A stretch of DNA of 63,495 bases, the filler included. It is 3 parts of 3 records of this genome, joined end to end, with 100 filler letters (N's around TTAATTAATTAA, not from the genome) between each part and the next. Parts side by side here need not be neighbours in the genome. Positions count along the whole stretch, not along the records: positions 21,234 to 47,867 come from SRR20825006_1518; 2 more parts are not named here. One strand, given 5' to 3'. Below, piece by piece: positions 31,257 to 41,114 of the stretch (positions are counted from its first letter, which is position 1; every line of letters starts with the position of its first letter). The notes beneath the pieces were generated by a model, which searched no databases, was not told the origin of the DNA, and saw only the letters and a program-made list of their open reading frames with translations. The position numbers and the translations under genes were made by a program.

Positions 31257-31943
31257 ATAATGAAGCCGAAGAGGTTCTTCGAACTTCTCTATGGCATACC
31301 GAAGCATCGTTCGAGGCATTTTCTTGAAATGCAGATCAAGAAATTGTGTTTCAACTTTCAAGTCTCTATTCCCGATTTCACGAATCATCCATCCAACCGC
31401 TTTATGAATCAAATCGTGGTTGTCGTTCAGTAAAATCTCTGCAATAGCCAAAGCGTCATCAAAGTCTTTCTTCCTGATAAAGTAAAAGCAGGTAATCATG
31501 GCTATTCTCCTTTCCCATAGATTATCCGATGTTGCTAAATCATAGAGTAAATCTCGTTCTTTATGCTCTAGAAATCGTCCAAGTATTTGATGACAAGAAC
31601 TATCAACTAAATCCCAATTATTTACAAATTCTAAGTTTTTTAAATATAGTTGAACTACTTCGTCTAACTCTAAATCAGTAGATTTTTGAATGCGATATAC
31701 GAGAAGCATAACAGCCGTTAATCGAGCTTCGTGGTATTTATTCTGAAGGAGTATTTCTATCTCAGGTAAAGGTATCTGAGAGTACTTTTTGGCAATGATT
31801 CTTTGGTTAGGAACATTGATACCTAAGAATACTTCACCTTGGCCATACTCACCTTTCCCACTTTTAAAAAATCGTTTCGAATGTTCTGCTTTAACGGGAT
31901 CAGCAAATTGTTGTAACTCAGCAAGAGCAAGTTGAGCAGTCAT
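31245..31943 (-). CDS. DNA alkylation repair protein (AlkD-like)
   Basis: Motifs FFK.GKGEYG, NNWDLVD, NLWERR, HKAVGWM.RE.G and PRTMLRYAIE. Confidence 0.9.
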   Translation of the reverse strand: MTAQLALAELQQFADPVKAEHSKRFFKSGKGEYGQGEVFLGINVPNQRIIAKKYSQIPLPEIEILLQNKYHEARLTAVMLLVYRIQKSTDLELDEVVQLYLKNLEFVNNWDLVDSSCHQILGRFLEHKERDLLYDLATSDNLWERRIAMITCFYFIRKKDFDDALAIAEILLNDNHDLIHKAVGWMIREIGNRDLKVETQFLDLHFKKMPRTMLRYAIEKFEEPLRLHYLLG

Positions 31944-31955
31944 GTGTTATTGGAA

Positions 31956-32888
31956 TCAGGTTTTTGAATAGCTAATTATAGCAACACCAGAAATAATTAC
32001 CAAAGCACCGGCAAATTGGATGAGAGTAAGTGCTTCCCCTAAGAAAATCATGGAAAGTAAAATGGTGGAAACAGGGCCTAAGCTCCCAACAATGGAAACA
32101 CTAGGAGCACCAATCCTACTGATTGCTTCAACAATTAGAAAAGAAGGAATTACGGTTGCAAAAATAGCCATAATAAAAGCTATCATGTACACTTCAATTG
32201 GGTAGCCCCAAAGAGTGGCGCTAGCCGTAAGAAGAAAGTGGATAATTACGGCTATGCATGAGACAATCAGTGAAAAAGTAGTTAAACGTTGGCTTCCCAC
32301 TCTCGCAATTAGAAAGTTGCTTCCTACTAGATATAAAGCGTAGGTGAAAGCGCTTAATAAGATTAATCCCACTCCAAGAAGAACGTCTTGCTTTGTTCCT
32401 GTAACAATTCCGGTACTGCCATTGGAGAAAATAATAGCCAGTCCTGCATAAGTAATAAGAATAGCTCCAATTTGCGACCTAGTAACTTTCTTTTTCAAGA
32501 TAAAGATGCTAAGAATTAAGACTATTGTGGGATAGGTAAATAATATGAGCCTTTCTAAGCTTGCGCTAATAAAAGTAAGACCTTTAAAATCGAAAAAGCT
32601 GGCAAGGTAATAACCCACAATTCCGAGTAAAACAATCAGGCCATACTCTTTTTTACGAAGAGGATTTTTCTTCCACTTTTTGAAATTAAAAGCCCAAACT
32701 ATTAGATAGAAAGGAAGGGAGATGAGCATACGAAGCAACAATAAAGAAATTTCATCAATGGGATGTTGATAAGCTAGTTTTACCATTACAGCTTTGGAAG
32801 AGAATAGAATTACCCCGCATGCAGCAATGAGTAAAGCGGTTGTTTTTTGCTTATCGATGAGTGTGAGAGTGAAGGAGTGAGTTGTCAA
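31956..32888 (-). CDS. EamA/DMT family transporter
   Basis: Ten hydrophobic segments in two repeats; LERLILFTYP and LGE.LT motifs. Confidence 0.9.
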   Translation of the reverse strand: MTTHSFTLTLIDKQKTTALLIAACGVILFSSKAVMVKLAYQHPIDEISLLLLRMLISLPFYLIVWAFNFKKWKKNPLRKKEYGLIVLLGIVGYYLASFFDFKGLTFISASLERLILFTYPTIVLILSIFILKKKVTRSQIGAILITYAGLAIIFSNGSTGIVTGTKQDVLLGVGLILLSAFTYALYLVGSNFLIARVGSQRLTTFSLIVSCIAVIIHFLLTASATLWGYPIEVYMIAFIMAIFATVIPSFLIVEAISRIGAPSVSIVGSLGPVSTILLSMIFLGEALTLIQFAGALVIISGVAIISYSKT

Positions 32889-33067
32889 TTCTCCAAAATA
32901 CAGAGAATCTTTTAATCATGACGAAATAAATTAGGCTAAATGGGTGTTTTGCCTTCTATACTAAATAGATATATGGAGGTATTAATTTCTATATTCTTAA
33001 ATATATATATTAGTGATGTAATATATTTTAAAAGCTAATTGAAAAGTATTTATTAACAGAAATTCGG

Positions 33068-36000
33068 GTGTATTCGGTATTGTTGGATAAAGTAAAATTA
33101 GTACTAATTGTTTTATTAGCGCTACTTCTTAAAGATGTCTCTGCACAGAAGTACAACATTAAAACGTATTCAGTGAATGACGGGCTCCCGTCAAGTCAGG
33201 TTTATGACGTTCACTTAGATGACAATGGCTATGTATGGTTTGCTACTGCTAGTGGCTTAGTAAAGTTTGATGGGATTACTTTTAAAACATACGACAAGAG
33301 TAACGGTCTAAAAGATGAGCTTACATTGGATATATTTGTGGACAGCAAGAAAAATATGTGGGCTAGTACTGAGGTTGGTGGAGTGGCTCTTTTTAAAGAG
33401 GATTCATTAATATATATCCCAGAACTTGCTCTTTTGGATACTATACTAGTAAACTATATATCAGAATCTCCATTAGGAGAACTTTGGTTTAGTACAAATT
33501 CACACGGAGTTATAACCTGGAATCCAGATTCCAATAGCTTTTCGAACATTACTACAAAAGAAGGGTTACCTAGCGATCAAGTGTGGGATATTACCTTCGA
33601 TAAAAACTCAACAGCATGGATTGCCACTATGTACGGAGTAGTAGAATATAAAAAAGGCGAAGGCACAACTCGATCTTGGACCAAAGAGACTGGGCTTAGT
33701 GGTGAGATTAGCTATCAGGTTTTTGATGCTTTAGATGGTACTAAATGGGTAGCTACAAGTAGAGGGATCACATTAATCAAAAATAACGGCTCTATTGAAA
33801 CAATTACTGAGATTAATGGAGAGCCTCTAAACTATGTATACCATATCAATCAGGACGATGACGGGATAATATGGATTGGAACCGAGCGAAAAGGATTGTA
33901 CTGGTTCGATGGACAAACATACACGCATATAACGAAAAAAAATGGATTAAGCAGTAATTATATCTACCGGCTTATTAAGGCTAAAGATGGGACAATGTGG
34001 ATTGCTACAGATGGAAATGGTGTAAATATATTCAAGGATAAGCAATTTAGATTCTTCGACGCTAACACCTCATTTGGTTCAAACTCGGTATATGGGATGC
34101 TGAGAGATAGAAATAATACTCTTTGGTTTGGAAATGAAAAAGGTCTTACGAAATATCAAAACGGTGCATTCAAGACCTATACGATCCCGAAAGAACTATT
34201 TGATGAAGATGAAATTTGGGATATTGAGGAATTTAGCAATGGTAATCTGTTATTGCTCTCATATAATTATGTTCTAACAGTTTTTGACGGATCCAGATTC
34301 TACAAATTTGATGGGGAAGTAGACTTGTCTCCATACTATATCAATGATATTTATATTGATGACAATGATGCTATTTATTTGGGTATTTCGAACGGGGTAT
34401 TAAAGTATGAAGATGGTAAGCTAGAGTCTTACAAATTAAAGAACGGTTACTGGGGGAGCATGGTAATCTCAATATTTAAAGATTCTAAAAATAATTTTTG
34501 GCTGGGAACTTATGATGGGCTTGTAAAATTTGACGGAAATGATTTTTCAACAGCTAAGGTTAAGCGTGGTATTGTCGGAGAAAGTATTTATGAGGTATTA
34601 GAGGATAAAAATGGAAATATTTGGACAGGTACAAATAAAGGAATTTACTATTCTCAGGATGTTGATGGGCCAGCTGACTCTTTAGAATTTCAGGTATTTG
34701 ATGAAGGTAATTACGGATTAGATGAGACTATTTTTATGCAGTTTGATGAGAATGGCGGACTTTGGCAAGGAACCAACGCAGGTTTAAATTATTACGATTT
34801 GAATTTTTGGAGAGAAACAAAGACAACTTTTCGCATCCATTATGCACTACAGGAATATGGTAAAGGTGTTGAGTTAAATGGTGGAGCAAGGCTATTAGAT
34901 GAGAATGGTAGATTGTGGTTTGGTTCTGCACGAAACGGTTTAATAATTCATGATTTCAACTTCCAAAAAGAAAATAAGGTTAGAGTAAACTCTGCGCCAA
35001 GTACTTTTATTCGATCAATAACTGCCAGTGGAATAACAGTATTTGAACAGAATGAAATTAGAACTGACTCTATAGCTAAGATTGTATTGAGTTATGATAG
35101 AAACAGTGTTGAGTTTAGGTTTGGTGCGATGAACTATACAGACCCTCTTAGACTATTATATAAGTATCGTTTGAAAGGGTTTGAGGACTCTTGGAACGAA
35201 GAGTTTAATCTTCGTGAAGCAACATATACAAACTTGAAAGCAGGAAAGTATACGTTCGAGGTGATGGCGAAATCTATGAAATCAGGGTGGAGCCAAACAC
35301 CCTCAAGATTTGAGATAATAATTGAAAAACCGTTTTGGTTAACATTATGGTTTTTCGCTGTTACTGGATTTTCAGTAATCATGCTAGTGTTAGCATATAC
35401 CCACGCAAGAGTTGGCCGGTTAGAAAAGAAGAAGCTGAAGCAACTCGTTGATGAACAAACAAAAGAGCTAACGGATGCTTTATCAGAAAAAGAAATTTTA
35501 ATAAAAGAAATTCACCATCGTGTTAAAAATAATCTAGCAGTAATATCTGGTTTGTTTGAATTACAACTTTGGAATACGCATGACGAATCTGTGATAAATA
35601 TTTTAAAGAACAGCCAGATGCGCATTCGATCGATGGCTATTATTCACGAACAGCTTTATCAGAGTAAGAATTTTTCGAAGATAAACTTAAGTGATTATAT
35701 GAGGAAGCTGATTCAAGCAGTTTCTGACACTATGGATAATGGCTTATCTAAGGTTTCACTTTCTGTCGAAATCGATAATGATATTGAAATGACTATTGTT
35801 CAGAGTGTGCCATGTGGTCTTATTCTAAATGAATTGCTAAGTAATGTGTATGAGCACGCCTTTAAAGGAAGGAGTGTCGGAAACATTGAAGTGATAATGA
35901 AAGAAGAAAAAGACCGTATCATTGTGGTAGTTAGCGATGACGGAATTGGAATGCCTTCAAACAACCCCGAAGATTACAAAGACTCTCTGGGGTTAACATT

Positions 36001-36130
36001 AATTACGACACTAATAGCCCAGTTAAATGGGAATGTGAAAATTGCGAATAAATCGGGAACGACTTTTCACATTGACTTCGAAAAAGTAAAAATTACAAGT
36101 GATTATATCAGGCGACAAAAAACTAATTAG
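33068..36130 (+). CDS. beta-propeller (Reg_prop) + Y_Y_Y sensor histidine kinase, HisKA_2 type
   Basis: Repeated D..G..W..T..G blades, YKYRL.G/YTNL.AGKYTF, TM helix, EIHHRVKNNL and DDGIG. Confidence 0.92.
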   Translation: MYSVLLDKVKLVLIVLLALLLKDVSAQKYNIKTYSVNDGLPSSQVYDVHLDDNGYVWFATASGLVKFDGITFKTYDKSNGLKDELTLDIFVDSKKNMWASTEVGGVALFKEDSLIYIPELALLDTILVNYISESPLGELWFSTNSHGVITWNPDSNSFSNITTKEGLPSDQVWDITFDKNSTAWIATMYGVVEYKKGEGTTRSWTKETGLSGEISYQVFDALDGTKWVATSRGITLIKNNGSIETITEINGEPLNYVYHINQDDDGIIWIGTERKGLYWFDGQTYTHITKKNGLSSNYIYRLIKAKDGTMWIATDGNGVNIFKDKQFRFFDANTSFGSNSVYGMLRDRNNTLWFGNEKGLTKYQNGAFKTYTIPKELFDEDEIWDIEEFSNGNLLLLSYNYVLTVFDGSRFYKFDGEVDLSPYYINDIYIDDNDAIYLGISNGVLKYEDGKLESYKLKNGYWGSMVISIFKDSKNNFWLGTYDGLVKFDGNDFSTAKVKRGIVGESIYEVLEDKNGNIWTGTNKGIYYSQDVDGPADSLEFQVFDEGNYGLDETIFMQFDENGGLWQGTNAGLNYYDLNFWRETKTTFRIHYALQEYGKGVELNGGARLLDENGRLWFGSARNGLIIHDFNFQKENKVRVNSAPSTFIRSITASGITVFEQNEIRTDSIAKIVLSYDRNSVEFRFGAMNYTDPLRLLYKYRLKGFEDSWNEEFNLREATYTNLKAGKYTFEVMAKSMKSGWSQTPSRFEIIIEKPFWLTLWFFAVTGFSVIMLVLAYTHARVGRLEKKKLKQLVDEQTKELTDALSEKEILIKEIHHRVKNNLAVISGLFELQLWNTHDESVINILKNSQMRIRSMAIIHEQLYQSKNFSKINLSDYMRKLIQAVSDTMDNGLSKVSLSVEIDNDIEMTIVQSVPCGLILNELLSNVYEHAFKGRSVGNIEVIMKEEKDRIIVVVSDDGIGMPSNNPEDYKDSLGLTLITTLIAQLNGNVKIANKSGTTFHIDFEKVKITSDYIRRQKTN

Positions 36131-36887
36131 CCTTGAACTGTTGGATAAAGTTCTTTGTGTATTCTGAAAGTACTAACCGCCCACTAATTTCAGCACGCTG
36201 ATCTAGTAACCTATCCCATTTTTTAGTGCCTTTCCACAAAACACTCTTCAAGTCTAACATCGCTTCTGGGCTACTTTTAGCAAGCTGGCTTGCTAAAGCT
36301 AAAACGGCAGAATCTAGTTCTTCAGTAGTTTCATGAACTTGGTTAAACAATCCGTTTTTTAGAGCCCAATCAGATGAATACCAGTTCGTAGCATCCACAG
36401 CAAGAGCAGCAAATGCAGACGTTCCTACTTTACGCTCTACAGCGGGACCAACTACGAATGGGCCAATACCTAAAGCTAGTTCACTAAGTTTTACTGAAGC
36501 TCCTGTTTTGGCATACGTGTAATCACCAGCAGAGGCAATACCAACGCCGCCACCAACAGTTTTGCCATGTACGCGAACTATAATCAACTTAGGAGAAGTT
36601 CGCATAGCATTGAGAACTAGAGCAAAGCCCATAAAGAAGTTTTTCCCAGTTTCGAAATCCTCAATAGCAATAAGTTCGTCGAAAGATGCACCAGCACAAA
36701 AGGCACCGTTACCAGTACTTTTAATCACAATTACTCGAATGTCTTCATTATTGCCAGCAACGGTAATAGTTTCGGCAAGTTTACGGAGTATTGCTCCTGG
36801 TAAAGAATTTCCTTTTGGGTGATAGAACTCTACCGTTCCGATATTATTTTCGATGGATAAATTTACGGATCCGTTTTGGTCTGGCAT
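36123..36887 (-). CDS. enoyl-CoA hydratase/isomerase (crotonase) family
   Basis: Motifs FCAGAS, GGGVG and LSEL.LGIGP; last gene of the paa operon. Confidence 0.9.
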   Translation of the reverse strand: MPDQNGSVNLSIENNIGTVEFYHPKGNSLPGAILRKLAETITVAGNNEDIRVIVIKSTGNGAFCAGASFDELIAIEDFETGKNFFMGFALVLNAMRTSPKLIIVRVHGKTVGGGVGIASAGDYTYAKTGASVKLSELALGIGPFVVGPAVERKVGTSAFAALAVDATNWYSSDWALKNGLFNQVHETTEELDSAVLALASQLAKSSPEAMLDLKSVLWKGTKKWDRLLDQRAEISGRLVLSEYTKNFIQQFKAN

Positions 36888-36992
36888 GGCTTTGTGATTC
36901 AGTATGTTGGTATTAATATTTTTGTATTCAGAATTGAGGATGTGGACTTCATGATAGTTTTCGAATATCCATCAAAGTTAACTTACTTCTTT

Positions 36993-39041
36993 CTATACTT
37001 CATCAATATCTAATCGGTGTTTACGTTTCACTAGTGTCAAAATAGTGTATTCAGCTACCAGAACTGCATCTTGGTTTTTCACCTCTACATCCCAATAGAC
37101 AACGCCAAACGGGAAAAGGTCTACTTCACGTTTCTGACGAACTGTTTTTCGCTTCACAATAAGTTTAGTTTGAATGGTATCACCAGGAAAAACGGGGGCA
37201 AGAAACGAAAGGTTTTCTAACCCATAATTCAGTAGAACGGGACCTTCATCCGAAAGCACAAACTGGCCAGCAGCTGCTGAAAGAACGAAGTAGCCATGAG
37301 CTACAATTTTACCAAATAGTGATCGTGCAGCGGCGTCTTTATCAGTATGAGCATAGAAGTGATCACCTGATAGATTAGCAAAATCTTCAACATCTTGGTC
37401 TTTAACTTTACGCAAATCTGAAAGCAGAGATTGACCTACTTTCAACTCTTCAAAGTACATTTTGAAAGGATGCTTAGGCGCTTCTTCGGTTTCGGCGCCT
37501 TTCACAAACTGCTGTACAATATTCATTAACGTTGTTGGGGAACCTTGAAGAGCAATTCGTTGCATGTTATGCAATACTGAACGAGCTCCGCCCAATTCTT
37601 CTCCACCACCAGCGCGGCCAGGGCCGCCATGAACCATATGTGGCATCGGGGAACCGTGACCAGTTGATTCGCCCGCGGAATGTTTATTAATCACCATAAA
37701 TCGCCCATGATAAGGAGCACATCCCAAAGTGATTCTTGCGGCAATATCATCATTAGCTGTAAAAAGAGAAGCTACAAGTGAACCATCTGATTTATTTGCG
37801 ATGGCAATTGCTTCTTCTTCTGAATCGTAAGGCATAACAGTTGTTAGCGGGCCGAACGCCTCTATGCGGTGTACTTCATCAACCTGCATAGGTTGGTGAC
37901 ACAGAAGTACTCTAGGGCTGGTAAACGCACCAGTCTGCGTATCTCCAGCGTACATGGTATCGGTTACATCAGAAAGAATAGCGAGTTGTTCATCAAAACG
38001 TTTTGATTGTAGTTCTGAAGCCAGTGGTCCCATGCGAGTTTCTTTTAGGGAAGGATCGCCAATAGTAGTTTTGGAGAGGAACCTTTTTAGAGCCGCTACT
38101 ACATCTTCCACCCGTTCACGTGGGACAATGGCTCGACGAATAGCAGTACATTTTTGTCCCGTTTTTACTGTCATCTCCATCCCAACTTCCTTTATGAAAA
38201 GTCCGAACTCATCCATTTCTGGCGTGACATCTGGCCCTAAAATGGATGCGTTCAAAGAATCGGCTTCCAAATTAAACTGAACACTGTTAGCCACAATATT
38301 AGGATGTGATTTTAGCATCCTACCCGTATGTGCTGATCCTGTAAAGGAAACGGAATCTTGGCTTATAAGATGTTCAAGTAAATCGCCAGGTTTATCGGCA
38401 GCAATAAATTGCACACTCCCTTCAGGTAAAATGTTGGACTCAATAATATCTTTAAAAACGGCGTGAGCTAAATAAGAACCAACAGGAGATGGTTTTACGA
38501 TGCAGGGTAGTCCCGCCATAATTGCCGGCGCTAATTTCTCTACCATTCCCCAAACTGGGAAGTTAAATGCGTTGATGTGAACAGCGATGCCATGTTTTGG
38601 AACACAAATATGTTGTCCCACAAAAGTTCCTCCTCTAGAAAGACGCTCCGTGCCACCTTCAACATGAAAAGGGAGATCCGAAAGCTCTCTTCTGGCTTTA
38701 CTAGAAAGTACAAACATGGATCCAAAACCACCTTCAATATCAATCCAAGAATCTTTGCGAGTAGCACCTGTTTGTGTGGAAAGCTCGTAATAATGTTCCT
38801 TTCGCTCCATCAAATAGGCAGCTAGGAATTTAATTTTAAAAGCTCTTTGATGAATGGTTAGTTCTCGCAAAGCAGGGCCGCCAACAGTTCGTCCATAATT
38901 CAGTGCAGATTTGTAGTTAATGTCTGCTTCAACAAGTTGAGCAATGGGTTTGCCTGTAACCGCACTCATTAAATCGGTTTCGCTACCAGATGGCAACCAT
39001 TTCCCTTGGATGTAGCTTTGTATTTTCATCGTTGAACTCAT
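36993..39041 (-). CDS. paaZ: oxepin-CoA hydrolase / 3-oxo-5,6-dehydrosuberyl-CoA semialdehyde dehydrogenase
   Basis: ALDH domain (INAFNFPVWG, EADSLN, GQKCTAIRR, ESTGHGSP..HGGPGRAGGGEE) plus MaoC domain (SGDHFYAH, AHGY). Confidence 0.95.
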   Translation of the reverse strand: MSSTMKIQSYIQGKWLPSGSETDLMSAVTGKPIAQLVEADINYKSALNYGRTVGGPALRELTIHQRAFKIKFLAAYLMERKEHYYELSTQTGATRKDSWIDIEGGFGSMFVLSSKARRELSDLPFHVEGGTERLSRGGTFVGQHICVPKHGIAVHINAFNFPVWGMVEKLAPAIMAGLPCIVKPSPVGSYLAHAVFKDIIESNILPEGSVQFIAADKPGDLLEHLISQDSVSFTGSAHTGRMLKSHPNIVANSVQFNLEADSLNASILGPDVTPEMDEFGLFIKEVGMEMTVKTGQKCTAIRRAIVPRERVEDVVAALKRFLSKTTIGDPSLKETRMGPLASELQSKRFDEQLAILSDVTDTMYAGDTQTGAFTSPRVLLCHQPMQVDEVHRIEAFGPLTTVMPYDSEEEAIAIANKSDGSLVASLFTANDDIAARITLGCAPYHGRFMVINKHSAGESTGHGSPMPHMVHGGPGRAGGGEELGGARSVLHNMQRIALQGSPTTLMNIVQQFVKGAETEEAPKHPFKMYFEELKVGQSLLSDLRKVKDQDVEDFANLSGDHFYAHTDKDAAARSLFGKIVAHGYFVLSAAAGQFVLSDEGPVLLNYGLENLSFLAPVFPGDTIQTKLIVKRKTVRQKREVDLFPFGVVYWDVEVKNQDAVLVAEYTILTLVKRKHRLDIDEV

Positions 39042-39059
39042 AATAATGGATTAACCGTG

Positions 39060-39521
39060 TTATTGTTGGCGTTCTTTATTTTGCGAAGTCCCCATATCCT
39101 CACCTAATCTTTTAGGGTGTTGGTCTTCTTCTTGTAACTCATCAAAAGCTTTCTGGAAAGTGTGCATTAGCTCCATATATTTCTCTGAATCTCGATATTG
39201 AAGCTCCAATTTTCTACTAGCTAAACTTTCGTTTTGTGCCACTTTTATCATGCGGAAGAACTCGAATTGCACAATGTTTCCGTCGTGATCTAGGTAAATA
39301 TTTCCTTGTCCATCAACCGACTTATATGTGAAAGTACCTTTACCAAATCCTGTTGAACTGTGGTCAAGGTATTTGTAATAATCTTGAGGCTTTGCTGTTG
39401 CATACCCAATTGCTTTGGCAACATTCCAGCAGAAAATTTTATCGCCTTCTCGCCAATGCAAAATATCTGGATACCAAGTGTGGGGAGCTTTGCCTTTCTT
39501 TTTGTTCGTAAATAATCCCAT
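39060..39521 (-). CDS. hypothetical protein, paralog of 39521-39988
   Basis: Shares MGLFTNKKKGKAPHTWYPDILHW.EGDK..CWNV and ELQEEDQHPKRLG with its neighbour. Confidence 0.85.
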   Translation of the reverse strand: MGLFTNKKKGKAPHTWYPDILHWREGDKIFCWNVAKAIGYATAKPQDYYKYLDHSSTGFGKGTFTYKSVDGQGNIYLDHDGNIVQFEFFRMIKVAQNESLASRKLELQYRDSEKYMELMHTFQKAFDELQEEDQHPKRLGEDMGTSQNKERQQ

Positions 39522-39988
39522 TATTCTTTTTCCTTTGTTGGAAGTGATTGCTGAGCATTGTTAGGTAAAGAACCTAATCTTTTAGGATGTTGATCTTCCT
39601 CTTGTAGCTCGTTAAAAGCTTGCTGAAAACTCTTCATCAACTCCATATAGTTCTCGGTTCCTGTCACCCGATCTTGAATCATTCGGTTAACCAAACTCTC
39701 ATTTCTAGCTTTTTTAATAAATCTATAGAAATCAAATTCTAAAAGATTTTCCTTTTCGTCTTTAACAAAGATTTTTCCCTCAGAATTTACCCCAACAAAT
39801 ACGAAGTGTGCTTTTGCAAATCCGCCACCTTCAGGTGTATATCGATGTACTTCAGCCCAAGAATTTTTACCGCCTAGTGCAGTAAGAACATTCCAGCAAT
39901 ATAGTTTGTCACCTTCTTGCCAATGCAAGATATCGGGATACCAAGTATGTGGAGCTTTTCCTTTTTTCTTATTGGTGAATAAGCCCAT
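39521..39988 (-). CDS. hypothetical protein, paralog of 39060-39521
   Basis: Same termini as the neighbour; TAATG overlap with it. Confidence 0.85.
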   Translation of the reverse strand: MGLFTNKKKGKAPHTWYPDILHWQEGDKLYCWNVLTALGGKNSWAEVHRYTPEGGGFAKAHFVFVGVNSEGKIFVKDEKENLLEFDFYRFIKKARNESLVNRMIQDRVTGTENYMELMKSFQQAFNELQEEDQHPKRLGSLPNNAQQSLPTKEKE

Positions 39989-40074
39989 CTAGTCTAGTAA
40001 TTTAGGGTTGTCAGTTTCTTCGAGTTCTTTGTATGCAGTTTATGTGGCGGAATATGTTTTGAAAAAATGCCCAT
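39989..40074 (-). pseudogene. internally deleted remnant of a third paralog
   Basis: Begins MGIFSKHIPPH (ATG overlaps the paaY stop). In a shifted frame it ends TAYKELEETDNPKLLD*. These match the N- and C-termini of the two paralogs. Confidence 0.7.
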
Positions 40075-40670
40075 TATGATTTCTTTTTATTTCCCCAAGT
40101 TGAATAGTCAGCATTCTGATCTTGTCTGTCTTTTGGAATTTCCCTTAACGGCTCACATTCTATCAAGGTTTCATGCAATTCTTTTGGCAAACGTTGATAC
40201 CATCCTGTGCCTTCGGTTTTCCATTTCAGCATTTCGTCAGAGACATCTGTAATTATTTTTGAAGGATTTCCAACTACCACTTTCCTATCTGGAATTTGGG
40301 TGCCTTCCTTAACAAAAGTAAGAGCGCCAACAATACAACCAGCTCCAATTTTCACATTATCCATCACAACAGCATTCATTCCAATTAAGCAGTTTTCGCC
40401 TAAATGTGCACCGTGAATAATTGCGCCATGACCAACATGAGCTCCTTTTTCTAACAAAACCGTAGTACCAGGGAACATGTGAATGGTACAATTCTCTTGA
40501 ACATTACAGCCATCTTCGATAATAATCTTTCCCCAATCTCCACGAATCGCAGCTCCAGGTCCGATATACACATCTTTGCCGATAATCACATTTCCAGTTA
40601 CCGCCGCCAGTGGATGGATGTATGCACTTTCGTGAATTACGGGTTTGTATCCTTTGTATGAGTAAATCAT
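40074..40670 (-). CDS. paaY: phenylacetate degradation protein PaaY (gamma-carbonic anhydrase-like)
   Basis: Hexapeptide repeats, RGDWG.I...GCNVQENC..H and GHGAIIHG, in paa context. Confidence 0.9.
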   Translation of the reverse strand: MIYSYKGYKPVIHESAYIHPLAAVTGNVIIGKDVYIGPGAAIRGDWGKIIIEDGCNVQENCTIHMFPGTTVLLEKGAHVGHGAIIHGAHLGENCLIGMNAVVMDNVKIGAGCIVGALTFVKEGTQIPDRKVVVGNPSKIITDVSDEMLKWKTEGTGWYQRLPKELHETLIECEPLREIPKDRQDQNADYSTWGNKKKS

Positions 40671-40692
40671 TTTTGGTTGTGTGGGTGATTTA

Positions 40693-41114
40693 GTTATTAA
40701 GAGATTGAGTGATTAGGTTGATTTCTTGGCTTTTTTAAGGTATTGAACATAGCCATTTAAGATTTTTAAACATTCTAAAATTAGCTCATTGGTATTGTTG
40801 AACTGTTCGTCATTTATAAACCCTTCATCTTTCGCACACATTAAGTGTTCTAATGTTTCATACAGTGAGCCTCGCGCTATTCTGCAAAACTGAATGTTTT
40901 CTTGATAATGAAATCTTCCAAACCCCTCAGCAATATTTGCTGCGACAGATCTTGAAGATCGAAGTATTTGATCCTTAAGCCTAAATTTTTCATCAACAGG
41001 AAAAGATTTAGCCAACTCAGAAATGGCAAGTCTCAACCTCCTTGATGATTTCCATGATTCTAGCTCAGATAGTTTATACATGATGTAGACTCAATAACTC
41101 AATCTCTTAATAAC
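40693..41114. repeat. 18-bp perfect inverted repeat enclosing four-helix-bundle gene 1
   Basis: GTTATTAAGAGATTGAGT (40693-40710) and ACTCAATCTCTTAATAAC (41097-41114). Confidence 0.9.
40713..41081 (-). CDS. four-helix-bundle protein (23S rRNA IVS protein / TIGR02436 family)
   Basis: Motif L..W......FP.DEKF.L.DQI.RSSRSV.ANIAEGFGR.....F..IARGSL.ET. Confidence 0.92.
   Translation of the reverse strand: MYKLSELESWKSSRRLRLAISELAKSFPVDEKFRLKDQILRSSRSVAANIAEGFGRFHYQENIQFCRIARGSLYETLEHLMCAKDEGFINDEQFNNTNELILECLKILNGYVQYLKKAKKST

Noticed and set aside
36888-36992. Possible empty IR cassette remnant between paaZ and the crotonase
   Set aside because: Weak GTATT periodicity but no convincing complementary arm.
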